From Octopus vulgaris (lineage: Eukaryota), in contig OX597826.1 of the NCBI GenBank assembly GCA_951406725.2, forward strand, positions 56,110,001-56,174,000: a stretch of DNA of 64,000 bases, in the 5' to 3' direction. Positions 1 to 12,800 of the stretch are shown piece after piece. How positions within the stretch are numbered: the first letter of the stretch is position 1; every line of letters begins with the position of its first letter. Made by a program: the position numbers and the translations under genes. A model generated the notes under the pieces. The model saw only the letters and a program-made list of their open reading frames with translations. It had not been told where the DNA came from and made no database searches.

Positions 1-660
1 GCCAATATACACATATATTAGAATTTTCTCTGACTTCTCAGATTTTTTGTATGCTAGACTACTTGATATTAAAATTAATATTAATTTATCTCCCTCATTA
101 TTTAAATATATATATATATAACATCAAATGGCTATGAAGGTCTAGTATAGTGAAAAAGGAATCAAGTGGGTCTATAGGCAAAAATGGTCGGGAAACACAG
201 CTCCGGCGAATAAACCCGTCTTTTACATGAAAGGAATGTGAAATTTGGAGGATTCTTGACTCTTGCGATTATGTCTCCTTCTCAATTGGAGCTGGTCTCA
301 ATTGCTATTTGATGATTATGGTGTATCCTCCAGAGGTGGAGATGATTTTAATAAATCAAGAAATATTAAATATTGTATTTGTCTATATTGTTCAATATGA
401 GTTGCTTTCGACAAGTAGACTGATCAACGTGAACGTTCTGCAACACCCAACGCCTAATACACTTACTAACTTAATTACTAATAACGGCTGGAACATTTTC
501 TCCCTCTTCTCTCTCTCTATCTCTCTCTTTCCGCACACACACACACACACAAACACACATACACACATTATATTCTTAATAGAACTGAAGGATAAAATCA
601 CGTTAATTATCAGGCAGTCAGCATGAAATAAAAATATAATTTATATATTAAATTAATTAT

Positions 661-830
661 AAACGTAGGAGTGACTGTGTGATAAGTAGCTTGCTTACAA
701 ACCACATGGTTCCGAGTTCAGTCCCACTGCGTGGTGCCTTGGGCAAGTATCTTATACTATTGCTTCGGGCCGACCAAAGCTTTGTGAGTGGTTTTAGTAG
801 ACGGACGCTGAAAGGGGCCCGTAGTATATA
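661..830 (+). mobile_element. SINE family A, 5' half only
   Basis: Matches the family head (GGAGTGRCTGTGTGRTAAG...GGTTCCGRGTTCAGTCCC) and the CCTTGGGCAAGT block; stops at the internal (TA)n, directly upstream of a full copy. Confidence 0.85.
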
Positions 831-844
831 TGTATATATATATA

Positions 845-1231
845 GGCGCAGGAGTGGCTGTGTGGTAAGTAGCTTGCTAACCAACCACATGGTTCCGGGT
901 TCAGTCCCACTGCGTGGCATCTTGGGCAAGTGTCTTCTGCTATAGCCCCGGGCCGACCAATGCCTTGTGAGTGGATTTGGTAGACGGAAACTGTCGTATA
1001 TATATATGTATGTGTGTGTGTTTGTGTGTCTGTGTTTGTCCCCCTAGCATTGCCTGACAACCGATGCTGGTGTGTTTACGTCCACGTCACTTAGCGGTTC
1101 GGCAAAAGAGACTGATAGAATAAGTACTGGGCTTACAAAGAATAAGTTCCGGGGTCGATTTGCTCGACTAAAGGCGGTGCTCCAGCATGGCCACAGTCAA
1201 ATGACTGAAACAAGTAAAAGAGTAAGAGTAA
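845..1231 (+). mobile_element. SINE family A, full length (tRNA-derived head, CORE-like block, internal TA/TG microsatellite, AAGAGT tail)
   Basis: A-box-like TGGCTGTGTGG, B-box-like GGTTCAGTCCC, CTTGGGCAAGT block, tail AAGTAAAAGAGTAAGAGT; near-identical copies at 4506, 11723, 29230, 41615 and 59032. Confidence 0.92.
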
Positions 1232-1317
1232 TATGTGTATAAGTAAACACAAACGGTGTTTGAGATTTACGTCAGAATTTTATTCGATAGAATTTCATTT
1301 ATTGAAAGTCATGAAGG

Positions 1318-1504
1318 ATTACATGATAATCCACCATCATCAGGTAAGATTTTTAAGCAAGTAAGACTGTAAACATCGACCTGGACGTAAACAATATCAG
1401 CTCGACTGGTCAGCTAATACAGCTAAAGTTGGTTCTGTCTGAGACGGTGTTTAAAATCTTACCTGTTTGAAATTTTACCTCATGATGGTGAATAATACAT
1501 AATT
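1318..1504. repeat. Imperfect fold-back with ~70-bp arms
   Basis: Left arm ...CCACCATCATCAGGTAAGATTTTTAAGCAAGTAAGACTGTAAACATCG aligns with the reverse complement of the right arm ...TCACCATCATGAGGTAAAATTTCAAACAGGTAAGATTTTAAACACCG. Confidence 0.75.
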
Positions 1505-1699
1505 GTGTATATATTTTTTTATAACTGTATTAGATAAATAAAATTTTACCACAAAAGCACTTTAATACATATGACACACAATGGACCCATTTCTGAGTCG
1601 GATTAAGTTAGATTCGCTAAAAGTATTTATATGTTATTTGAGAGAGATTTGATTGGCTGCTTTTGCTTGTAGGTGAATAGAAGCAACAATTATAGGATC

Positions 1700-1805
1700 C
1701 TTCAATTGGCACTCCGTCGGTTACGACAAAGTTTCCAGACGATCCTATCAGCCGAACGACCAGCTTTTGAAATTAGCGTGCAAGTAACTCAGCACAAACA
1801 CGCAC
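1700..1805 (-). mobile_element. Fragment of another SINE-like repeat
   Basis: GGCACTCCGTCGGTTACGAC...GAAATTAGCGTGCAAGT resembles a cephalopod SINE segment recalled from memory; single copy here, orientation uncertain. Confidence 0.45.
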
Positions 1806-1811
1806 ATATAT

Positions 1812-1985
1812 ACGACGGGCTTCTTTGAGTTTCACTAACAAGTCTTTGATCGACCCAATAAAAAATCGAAGTCTTTGATCGGCCCAAGACTATATTAGAA
1901 GACACTTGTCCAAGGTGTCAGGCTGTGTGAGTGAACCCAGAACCATTTGGTTATGAAATATACTGCTTACCACAAAGCCACGAAT
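1812..1985 (-). mobile_element. SINE family A, decayed 5' half
   Basis: Reverse-complement match: CGACGGGCTTCTTT...GAAGACACTTGTCCAAGGTG...CTTACCACAAAGCCAC. Confidence 0.8.
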
Positions 1986-2889
1986 CAAAGATGCGCTTTG
2001 ATTTCATATAACTCTGATCGAGCAGGTGTACGATGAATGACATTTGAACCAGTACCAAATTATCCAGTCTTTACTTCACCTTTTAACTTGATAGTGAGTA
2101 AGTCTAGAAGCATCCGACTGCTATTTCTTGCATATTAGGTGACCTGCATGCAGACATTGTTGGCAGCTCAGTATAGTTTATAGCAATAGACCTTACAAGA
2201 CGGAGGTGATAAGCATCTCAAACTAGTATTATCTTCACGGCATTTCAACATTAAAAATTATCGGTGTATCATTCTTAATGTAAATGCATGGCGAAAGCAA
2301 ATTTACTGCTTTTGGATTTTTATTGAGACGGGTGGCTATTCACAACTGCAGTGGTTATTGTCCACTTACGGTTTTTCTATATCGTTGGCCACAGATTTCA
2401 TCTTTGTATGCGATTGACTGTCAGTACATACTATTGACAATTCCCAATGAGGCAGAAATGCAATTAGCATCCCAAACAGCCGCTACGTGGACGATTTTTC
2501 TCTGCATCTGATATATATATATATGACAGCGCGTTCATATGAGATATTATCTCTGGACGAATACAACAGTACAAATAATTGCTATTTGCGATCTATTTAC
2601 CTTCTGTATGATATACCTATGGCTATTTTCATCTAAGAGTGTTTCTTAGAATATTTATGAACTAAATATTCTGTTTTGTCTGCCACTGTAGACTAACGTT
2701 GTTGATTCAGAATCATTGAAGAAATTACGATGATAGTTCAGGAATTATGGTACTAGCAAATTAAAACACCGTCTTCACCAATGTAACATTATCTGAAATA
2801 ATAATTAATGAGTTATACATAATATCATGAATACATGAATTTGTATACATACGTACATAAATACTTATATATATGTGTGTGTGTATGTG

Positions 2890-2949
<60 letters not shown>

Positions 2950-3274
2950 TACGTTTGGAAATTCTGAAGCCAATTATATTTTTCCCAGTATTTCATTAGT
3001 AAGTAATTAATTAGTTTATGTTATATTTTGCAATTTTGCTAAGTCGACCATTTTATATGATTATACATGTGTTAGCGTGTATTGGGGTGTATATATATAT
3101 ATATATATATATATGCTTCTGTGTGTGTGTGTGTCATATACGTATACATATAAACACATACATATGTCTGTGTGTATGTACGTACGTACGTATGTATGCA
3201 TGTATGTATGTACGTATTACGTAGGCAAGTATGTCTGTATGTCTATTTGTCTGTCTGTCTGTCTGAACTGTATA

Positions 3275-3306
<32 letters not shown>

Positions 3307-3557
3307 GGCATGTAGGCATATATGTATGTATGCGTATATATTTCTGTTCAATGCTATGTATATTTGCCAATATCTATGTGCGTTAATGCAGTGCAATTTT
3401 TAATTGTGCAAATATTCATGTCTCTGTAAATATATACACACCTCCATATACACAAATACACACACACGTATAAATATATATACATGTACATATATATACA
3501 TATATATACACACATATATATATATATACATACATATATATATATATATACATACAT

Positions 3558-3598
<41 letters not shown>

Positions 3599-3815
3599 CA
3601 GTATATATATATATAAAACATATATACATATGAGTATATATGTACCTATATAAGTGGTTGAGTGTGTGTGAGTTTATTGTGTCACATGATAAACATTTGC
3701 AGTTTGTGTATACAGCTTTGAATTTATGGAAGAAATTTCACACCGCTTAAGAAAACAAAGAGTATACATTTACATGTATTGTTCTTAAATTAAAGTCAAC
3801 ATTTGTATATATGGC

Positions 3816-3907
<92 letters not shown>

Positions 3908-4206
3908 GTGTGTGTAAGCATGTATAATGGCGCATATGAATTTCGTGCTGCCCAGTACAATTTGCATATTATGTATTTTACACTTGTCATCATATTTATA
4001 TAGGAATTTCTGTCGCATGTATGTGTGTGTGTATGCGTGCGTGTGTTTGCGTATGCGTATATGTACGTATATAAGTATGTATGCATATATGTATGCATGT
4101 ATGTATGTATGTATGTACATATATGTATGTATATATGTATAAGGATATATGTATGCGTATGTATATATGTATATATGTACATATATATATATGTGTAAAT
4201 ATGTAC

Positions 4207-4239
<33 letters not shown>

Positions 4240-4505
4240 TGTATGTATGTATGTATGTATGTATGTATATGTATATATGTATGTGCATATATACATATAG
4301 ATGCAAACGAACATGCTTTCCATATATCAGTGATATTCTAAACCTTAATGTATATATTTATTCAATCAAATATAAATATTAAAACCAAATATAATAATAA
4401 TGATGATGATAATGATAATGAGGACGCAGACGAGGTCGACAACGATGGTGATGAAGATGATGATGATGATGAGGATGATGATAATAATAATAATAATTAT
4501 ATATA

Positions 4506-4912
4506 GGCGCAGGAATGGCTGTGTGGTAAGTAGCTTGCTTACCAACCACATGGTTCCGGGTTCAGTCCCACTGCGTGGCATCTTGGGCAAGTGTCTTCTA
4601 CTATAGCCTCGGGCCAACCAAAGCCTTGTGAGTGGATTTGGTAGACGGAAACTGAAAGAAGCCCGTCGTATATATGTATGTATATATATATATCTGTGTG
4701 TGTATGTTTTTGTGTCTGTTTGTCCCCCTAGCATTGCTTGACAACCGATGCTGGTGTGTTTACGTTCCCGTCACTTAGTGGTTCGGCAAAAGACACCGAT
4801 AGAATAAGTACTGGGATTACAGAGAATAAGTCCTGTGATCGATTTTCTCGACTAAAGGCGGTGCTCCAGCATGGCCGCAGTCAAATGACTGAAACAAGTA
4901 AAAGAGTAAAGA

Positions 4913-4915
<3 letters not shown>
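4506..4915 (+). mobile_element. SINE family A, full length, followed by (AAT)n
   Basis: Near-identical to 845-1231. Confidence 0.92.
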
Positions 4916-5004
<89 letters not shown>

Positions 5005-5039
5005 TATAATAATAATAAAAGAGGAAGACGAAGATTATT

Positions 5040-5615
5040 ATCGACGCATCACTTTCCCCTAGCAGACAAGGAAAGAGGGTCTTACCCTGCTTAGTGACTG
5101 TGACAAAAGAGGCCGTGTGGGGGGACCCGTCTGAAAGGTTTGAAGACAGGCGCAATCCTAACTGGTCAAGCCCTCATCAGTTTCTTCAAATAGCATTTGA
5201 AGAGGAAGGTGAGGGTAGAGAGGCAGGTGTTGCCTTCTGGTGTGCTTATCAAAAGGATGTTCGACAGTGGCAAAACTGGTGAGTCTGAATGGATCTACTC
5301 TTAATATGCAGGAGGAAACAAACTGGAAGAGAGCACTTTTCCATGCCTTGGAGATGGCACAGTAATCTGGGATTCTTGTGGGGGATTTATCCCCAGATTA
5401 CCTTAAGTGGACTGCCCCGCTATTGGGGATTCTATTTACTTATATATTTCTCTAGTTTCTATTATATATCCTCTATTATATCATTTAATGTGGTACTATT
5501 TCCCCTTGGTTGATATTAACCCCACGTTTTAATTTTTTTGTGTTTGTGTTGTAACTAGTCTTTCGATATTGTCCTCCATGTCTTGGGGTCTTGTGCCCAC
5601 CCCCGCCAAAAAAAT
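5040..5615 (+). mobile_element. L1/Tx1-type LINE 3' end (ORF2 C-terminus, 3' UTR, short A tail), decayed
   Basis: Frameshifted translation ...LVTVTKEAVW...RLKGLKTGAILTGQALISFFK*HLKRKVRVERQVL... resembles an L1/Tx1 ORF2 C-terminus; T-rich UTR ending in an A7 run. Confidence 0.65.
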
Positions 5616-5639
5616 CATTATCATTATTACTATTTTATT

Positions 5640-5840
5640 GTCTTTGCGCAGCTTCTAACGCTGGAGATGCGCTACAGTGTCAGCTGTTCACTACCAGTGA
5701 ACTAAGGTACCATCTCTTATTTTTCAAGCACCATCCGGAATAATTGAGCAGTTCCAAGCAGTGCTGTTTTCTGTAAGAGTTTGTTCCATGTACTTCTCAA
5801 GATTTTTATTCACTGTTCCCAGGGCTCCGACAATGATTAT
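5640..5840 (-). mobile_element. R4/Dong-type (restriction-like endonuclease) LINE 3' end in (TAA)n
   Basis: Minus strand reads IIIVGALGTVNKNLEKYMEQ/LLQKTALLGTAQLFRMVLEK*, the typical C-terminal GALG...LQK.ALLGT motif; flanked by TTA repeats. Confidence 0.82.
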
Positions 5841-5850
5841 TATTATTATT

Positions 5851-6439
5851 GAGTGAGAGAGCAGTTCATGCCATCAAAGTGACACTTATTATTATATACG
5901 AAGCCCATTATTACCCAACATGTTGTCTGTTGTTGTTACACCAGTTGTTGTTGCATTACAACCATATGTGGTAACATGGTGCATTTGGGATAACAAGATA
6001 AACTGCACTAATGACACTGACATATATTGGAATTTTTGACCTGCAGTAAAGTGCAATTCTGTATTCCACAAGAATCCTAATCGAAAATATTCTTCAAATT
6101 TGTGGACACTTTTGACACCAAACCCCAAGACGACAAGTGTTGCTGTAGTCATCTGGTTGTGAGCATCTGGCACATTTCATTATACCCCAAAGAATCCCTC
6201 TCAACACATGGCTATGATGTTCCCACTACTTCTGCTCGTGATCAGGGATACATATCGTCAGCCACTAAGGGACATGCTCAATGGTTAAGGTCAAACAACT
6301 GACAAGCAAATATGTGGTATTGAGCATAATATTTAATAATAGCCCATCTTTTATACCAAGACAAAACAATAATACATGATAACACTTCCAATCAGTTAAG
6401 ATCAGAATAATAAGAATACTAATGGTACTGCATCAGGGC
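5851..6439 (-). mobile_element. 554-bp (AAT)n-associated non-coding element, internally deleted and interrupted copy
   Basis: Same 5' end (AAATGCCCTGATGCAGTACCA) and 3' end (TGCTCTCTCACTC+AAT) as 48864-49417; both flanks are (TTA)n. Confidence 0.85.
5930..6175 (+). mobile_element. Probable R4/Dong-like LINE 3' end (second family) nested in the 554-bp element
   Basis: About 200 bp homologous to 6505-6710 (shared GACACCAAACCCCAAGACGACAAGTGTT and GTTGTGAGCATCTGGCACAT). Confidence 0.55.
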
Positions 6440-6491
<52 letters not shown>

Positions 6492-6504
6492 GTTGTTGTT
6501 GTTG

Positions 6505-6708
6505 TTGTTATTCCTATGGTAATGGTGCATTTAATAACACAGAAACTGCTTCCTAAGACACTGAAGTATATTGGAATTGTCGATGCAGTAAAGTGCAATC
6601 ATGTAATTCTACAAGAATCCTAACAGAAAATATTCTTCAAATTTGAGGACAGTTTTGACACCAAACCCCAAGACGACAAGTGTTACCGTCGTTGTGAGCA
6701 TCTGGCAC

Positions 6709-6710
<2 letters not shown>
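6505..6710 (+). mobile_element. Probable R4/Dong-like LINE 3' end (second family) with (AAT)n tail
   Basis: Frameshifted VIPMV.GAF...KTLKYIGI...VILQES resembles the GALG...LQK C-terminal motif; lies between (TTA/TTG)n and a long (AAT)n. Confidence 0.55.
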
Positions 6711-6746
<36 letters not shown>

Positions 6747-6752
6747 CATAAC

Positions 6753-6848
<96 letters not shown>

Positions 6849-6889
6849 TAATAATAATAATAATATAATAATAATAATAATAATAATAT

Positions 6890-6930
<41 letters not shown>

Positions 6931-7073
6931 AAGGTATTCAATAATAATAATAATAATAATAATTAATAATAATATAATAATTAATAATTAATCATTAATA
7001 CCTAGCAATAATAATAAAGCAATAATAATGAGTGTTTCCATGATGGTGATGATGATGATAATAATAATAATAA

Positions 7074-7131
<58 letters not shown>

Positions 7132-7132
<1 letters not shown>

Positions 7133-7720
7133 AGGCGGTAAACTGGCAGAATCGTTAGCACGCCAGGCAGAATGCTTGGCGGTATTTCGTCTGCCGTTAC
7201 GTTCTGAGTTCGAATTCCACCGTGGTCGACTTTGCCTTTCATCCTTTCGGGGTCGATAAATTAAGTACCAGTTACGCACTGGGGTCGATGTAATCGACTT
7301 AATACCTGTGTCTGTCCTTGTTTGTCCCCTCTATGTTTATTAGGCCCTAGTGGGTAATAAAGAAATAGGTATTTCGTCTGCTGCTACGTTCTGAGTTCAA
7401 ATTCCGCCGAGGTCGACTTTGCCATTCATCCTTTCGGGGTCGATAAATTAAGTACCAGTTACGCACTGGGGTCGATGTAATCGACTTAATATTTATGTCT
7501 GTCCTTGTTTGTCCCCTCTATGTTTATTAGCCCCTTGTGGGTAATACAGAAATAGGTATTTCGTCTGCAGCTACGTCCTGAGTTCAAATTCCGCGGAGAT
7601 CGTCTTTGCCTTTCATCCTTTCGGGGTCGATAAATTAAGTACCAGTTACGCACTGGGGTCGATGTAATCGACTTAATCCCCTCCCCCAAGCCATCCTTGT
7701 AGCAAAAATCTGAAATTATT
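7132..7720 (+). mobile_element. SINE family B, head-to-tail trimer
   Basis: Head GGCGGTAAACTGGCAGAATCGTTAGC, B-box-like GAGTTCGAATTCC, conserved GCCTTTCATCCTTTCGGGGTCGATAAATTAAGTACCAG block (Deu/Nin-like, from memory); units 2 and 3 restart at GGTATTTCGTCTG. Confidence 0.9.
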
Positions 7721-8072
7721 ATTTGTATTCTTTTTATTTTTCTTCACTTATTCATTTTAACATTGTATTTACTCCATAATGGCTTCTTTTCCCGAATACA
7801 AATTATTTAAGAAACTGAAATTGACTCTCTTTCCGTCTCAGTCTCATGATGCTTTCTCCTGACCGTCTTTTCCTCAAAGCATACTTTAAAGTCAGCGTCT
7901 TTAGCTGCTACATCTACTTCAATCTCGTATAAGTAATAATAATAATCGATAATAATAATAATAATAATCCCTAATAAGTAATAATAATAATAACTCCCTA
8001 CTCATAATAATAATCCAATAATAACTAATAATGTATATATAATAATAATAATAATTATTGTATTCTTTCATT

Positions 8073-8109
<37 letters not shown>

Positions 8110-8111
<2 letters not shown>

Positions 8112-8850
8112 CTCCCAGGTTGGCAGGATTACTTATGGTCGAGTTATTCTATTTTCCTTGTCAATAACTCGATCTTGTCGTTACTCCAGCCATCCCAGCT
8201 TCAACCAAATACTTATTCCCTCTTTATCCAACATAACTTACTTCAATATGTCAGTATATCTCTGTCTCTGTATCACTTTTCACTCGCATTAATTTCAGGT
8301 CCATCGTTGTCCCCTATCGGATTGTTTTTTTATCTCTTAATCCTTTCTAATCCTATTTTTGTCAGATAACCACTGCGTCATACAGGTGGCGATTTCCTTG
8401 GTACTGTCTGTTAAAATCGAGGAAATGAAATTCAAAAATTGAAGTAAATTGAGGTAGAAAAGTGGACCCTGGTAGAACGATGGGAGAGGAATGAGAGTTA
8501 GGGTCCAGCAGAACTGGTATCAAACTAATTAGAATAAATTGTCTGAAACATTGGAGGGGTCAGAACACATCTCGATGAGGTACCAGAGGAAAACTGAAAT
8601 AGAAACATCTTGGAGTGACATGTGGAGCAAAGGATGCAGTCACAATGTGAAGGCAAAGTGGAATGAGGTAGAAAGTTGAAGAAGAAGAAAACAGGTTCGA
8701 TATAGTGATCATTTCTGAACAAAACAAGCTTCAAAATTATCTAATTTTTGCAAAAAGCTGCAACGGCTCAAGCTGAAGAACTTTAAAATACTCAAACGAG
8801 TACTGAGTTTTTAAATAATTGTCTGCAGAATGAAAGAATCCCAAATTGAA
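8110..8850 (+). mobile_element. Heavily decayed R4/Dong-like LINE remnant
   Basis: Ends TTGCAAAAAGCTGCA...AAAATACTCAAACGAGTACTGAGTTTTTAA (LQKAA...KILKRVLSF*); starts after (AAT)n. The upstream part is not confidently translatable. Confidence 0.45.
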
Positions 8851-9063
8851 TGACAAAAGGCCGAACAACTCTTATCATGTAAAGCAAACAGGATAGTACT
8901 GAAGTCTCAAATTAGTTTGGAAATTCTTAACATGTTGTAAGATTTATGCACGTTAGGAGAACTCGAGTCTGTTCCGTCATGAACTGAAAGGGTACCACAG
9001 ACATTTAAAAGGGACAAAATACCACATATTAATCGACAATATTATAATGAGAAATTGCTGGTG

Positions 9064-9236
9064 ACCTGCAAGGTCATGTGCTGTTTATCTTGATATGAGA
9101 TCACCATGTCGCGTACATATGGTTGTGATGCATGTGCCTAGTGTACCCTTATCAGACGGGTAGTCATGGTGGGTATACTGGAGTTCGTATATTTCACTTC
9201 AGTGTCACTTGGATAGCATGCACTGCACTCTCACTC
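9064..9236 (+). mobile_element. 554-bp (AAT)n-associated element, 5'-truncated copy
   Basis: Matches about 49245-49417 and is followed by (AAT)n. Confidence 0.85.
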
Positions 9237-9252
9237 AATAACAATAATAATG

Positions 9253-9318
<66 letters not shown>

Positions 9319-9321
9319 TTA

Positions 9322-9538
9322 ATCTTTTCTACTCTAGGTACAGGGCCCGAAATTTGGGGGGAGGGGGTCAGTCGATCTAATCGACTCCAATACACAAATG
9401 GTACTTAATTTATCGACCTCGAAAGGATGAAAGGCAAAGTCGACCTCGGCGGAATTTGAACTCAGAAAGTAAAGACAGACGAAATACCGCCAAGCATTTC
9501 GCCTGGCGTGCTAACGATTCTGCCAGTTCACCACCTTT
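9322..9538 (-). mobile_element. SINE family B monomer (alternative 3' tail) within (AAT)n
   Basis: Reverse complement of the family B head and the GCCTTTCATCCTTTCG block. Confidence 0.88.
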
Positions 9539-9542
9539 GATG

Positions 9543-9608
<66 letters not shown>

Positions 9609-9956
9609 TTGTATATCAACATGATAAGTAAAATGTAAAGAAATTTATGTACAATATGCCCTAATGTGCAAACCCAGTTCTACAACTGATCTCTACAAAA
9701 CAATATACAAACACATGCACTCACACACATATACACATACATACATACATACATACATACATACATACACACATACATACACACATAGATACACACATAG
9801 ATACATACATACGGACGTACATATTCACATAGGTACGTTACATATATACTTACGTACATGAATATATACAAACATGCTTACTTACAGAGAAAAATTCGTA
9901 CATAAAAGTATGTAAGCACACACACATACATACACATATATATATACACATATATA

Positions 9957-10076
9957 TGGGAAAAAAAGGAGTGGTTGGAATTTTTTATGCTTGTATTTGT
10001 GTGTGTGTATATATAGATACATATATATATATACATATATATATACATATATATATACATATATATATATAGATAC

Positions 10077-10123
<47 letters not shown>

Positions 10124-10124
10124 C

Positions 10125-10163
<39 letters not shown>

Positions 10164-10164
10164 C

Positions 10165-10227
<63 letters not shown>

Positions 10228-10272
10228 GTACAAGTACAAGCCCAAAAAATTCCAGCCACTCCTTTTTTCCCA
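9957..10272. repeat. Inverted repeat (~43-bp arms) enclosing a (TA)n-rich tract
   Basis: 9957-9999 TGGGAAAAAAAGGAGTGGTTGGAATTTTTTATGCTTGTATTTG is the reverse complement, with few mismatches, of 10231-10272. Confidence 0.85.
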
Positions 10273-10604
10273 CCCTCTCGCCTTAAAGCAGTAAAAAAAA
10301 ATTGGAATAAAATAACATAAAGATGAAATAAAATATGTCATCCAAAACAGCAAAATATGGAAGAAATGTGTTTATGTGTGACAAAATCTTCGGCATAATC
10401 CTCATATGCAGAGAAGTGACTACGCTGACGTGCATAGAGAACGACTAATGGAGAAGTAGCAATATATAATGAAGACAGATGTTTCTAATTATGAATCTTG
10501 ATCCTATCAAGTCAAAGTATTTGGTTAAATATCAGGAATGAAGGAATACATGAACTGGAGTGAAGTCTTGAGACATAAATAACGAGACGTCTAAGTAGTG
10601 AAAT

Positions 10605-10680
10605 ATGACGTTGTTGCTGCTGCTGTTGCTACTGCTGCTACTGCTGCTACTACTACTACTACTTCTACTATTGCTTCTGC

Positions 10681-10711
<31 letters not shown>

Positions 10712-10965
10712 GGTGGTGGTTTTGGTGATGGCGATGGTTGTTTTGGTGGTAGTGGTTTTGATGTTGGTGGTGGTGGTGGTGGTGGAGTGTTTACGATGGT
10801 GGTTTTGGTGGTAGTGGTTTTGATGGTGGTGGTGGTGGTGGTGGTGGTGGTGGTGGTGGAGGTGCGGTGGTAGTGGTTTTGGTGACAGTGGTTTTGGTGG
10901 CGGTGGTTTTGGTAGTGTTGGTGGTGGGGGTTTTGATGACGATAACGATGTTGGCGATGATTGTA

Positions 10966-10996
<31 letters not shown>

Positions 10997-11104
10997 GGAG
11001 GAGGAGGAGGAGGAGGAGGAGGAAGCGACGACGACGACGACGACGATGAAGAAGAAGAAGAAGAAGAAGAAGAAGAAGAAGAAGAAGAAGAAGAAGAAGA
11101 AGAA

Positions 11105-11135
<31 letters not shown>
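10605..11135. repeat. Compound trinucleotide microsatellite (CTG/CTA/TTG/GGT/GAT/GAG/GAC/GAA)
   Basis: Read directly from the sequence. Confidence 0.95.
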
Positions 11136-11137
<2 letters not shown>

Positions 11138-11722
11138 TGTAGCACAAAACTGCAGAAAACGTGCTAGTTGTGGGGAAGCGATCACATTTTATCCGGCATT
11201 ACGAAGTAGCAAGAGATAAGAGATAAGAAGCAAAAGAGGAGAAAATGCTTCAGAGAAAGACAGAGACTATAGTGTTGTATATACGAATACACACAGGCAA
11301 CGAGATCAAGGTTAAATTGCCGGATATTGTTATGAGAGACGATGAAGAGAATTAAGTATAGGAACTGCCCCCTTATCGAATTATCAGACCCGATAAATGA
11401 TAATGTATGTCTGAGACAAAAACAAAAAAAAAAAAAATATACAAAATTTATTCAAATATAAAGATTTCAAACAATGTAGCTTTTGAAAGCAAACAATCTC
11501 GTTAATTGTAGTTGGCGTGGGAATATTTTTAAATGATACCGATGAAATCGCAGAACTTGCAACAAAAGTGCATAATATATAGATCATACCACTAAGGAAA
11601 GTGTTGGCTCGGAAACAGGGAATGCCGCTGAGGCAAACGCAACCCCTGAAATTTTTGTAGTGGTAAAGAGAACTTTTCCATTATAGGATTTATCTGATTT
11701 GATTAATATGCTCTTTTTTTTT

Positions 11723-12126
11723 CTCTTTTAATTGTTTCAGTAATTTGACTGCAGCCAAGCTGGAGCACCGCTTTTAGTCAAGCAACTCGACCCCAGGACT
11801 TATTCTTTGGAAGCCTAGTACTTATTCTATCGGGCTCTTTTGCCGAACCGCTAAGTTACGGGGACGTAAACACACCAGCATCGGTTGTCAAGCGACGTTG
11901 GGGGGACAAACACAGACACACAAACATATACATACACAAACATATATATACATATTTATACATATTTACGACGGGCTTCTTTCAGTTTCCGTCAACCAAA
12001 TCCACTCACAAGGCTTTGGTTGGCTCGAGGCTATAGAAGAAGACACATGCCCAAGGTGCCACGCAGTGGGAATTGACCCAGAACCATGTGGCTGGTAAGC
12101 AAGCTACTTACCACACAGCCACTCCT
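11723..12126 (-). mobile_element. SINE family A, full length
   Basis: Reverse complement of 845-1231. Confidence 0.9.
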
Positions 12127-12603
12127 AATAATTTGTAGGTATAGGGCATTTCGTTTTGCAACTAACGTTGCAGTTACTTTTGTACTACAATTATAATATA
12201 CTATAAAGTATATTAATCGTTTTTATAAGACAATACCGCGTTCTACTGTGTTAGCAGTGCACTTTTACATTATTTGTTAAGGTTATTTCTACAGATATTC
12301 TATAGAAATTAAAGGCAGCACTTATTTTTGCTGCTACGTTTAGTATACGTGACATCAGATTTTAAAATGGGCAATTGGCATACAAGCCATATTTCGGAGG
12401 TTTTTGCCCCTTCATCAGCACCCATCTAATCCATTAATCATCCTCGAACACATTGCTTAAATAGCCACCACACAGCAGCTGCATTCCTAGAAGCTGGTAC
12501 TTAAATATTAATTATTCGTATGTACGTGGTGTTTCATTATGCAACCATGATATACTATAAAATATACTAAACCCCCCAAAATATGTTCATCTTTGATCTC
12601 ATT

Positions 12604-12800
12604 TATACTATTTACATTCAACGGATATTTGTCCTCAGGTGTTTTGGGGAAATTTAGAACCTGGGTTCGAACCAAGACACCTGAAGAAGGCTGGAGGGTA
12701 TATCAGCCGAAACGTTGTGTTAACATCAAACAAGATGAGGACAAATATCCGTCGAATGTAAATAATGTACATAAGTCCTCATCTCTTAAATATAGCACTG
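12604..12800 (+). mobile_element. Miniature Penelope-like/retrozyme insert with inverted arm and 12-bp target-site duplication
   Basis: TTTGATCTCATT at 12592-12603 and 12801-12812; inverted repeat ATTTACATTCAACGGATATTTGTCCTCA / TGAGGACAAATATCCGTCGAATGTAAAT; contains a hammerhead. Confidence 0.78.
12676..12721 (+). ncRNA. Minimal type I hammerhead ribozyme
   Basis: Stem I GACAC/GTGTT; CTGAAGA 12681-87 plus one extra A; stem II GGCTG/CAGCC; GAAA 12709-12; loopless palindromic helix III AACGTT; predicted cleavage after GUU at 12716. Confidence 0.75.

Noticed and set aside
845-915. tRNA gene at the SINE heads (also near 57590-57665)
   Set aside because: A and B boxes are present but there is no complete cloverleaf; the sequence continues into a SINE body.
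2370-2507. Possible minus-strand exon (CAG...GTAAGT) and plus ORF 2284-2511
   Set aside because: No polypyrimidine tract, stops in all three minus frames, and no recognisable protein.
12380-12425. Minus-strand hammerhead-like CTGATGAAGGGGCAAAAACCTCCGAAATATG
   Set aside because: Core and stem II are plausible, but there is no valid NUH site or convincing stem I; at best a decayed copy.
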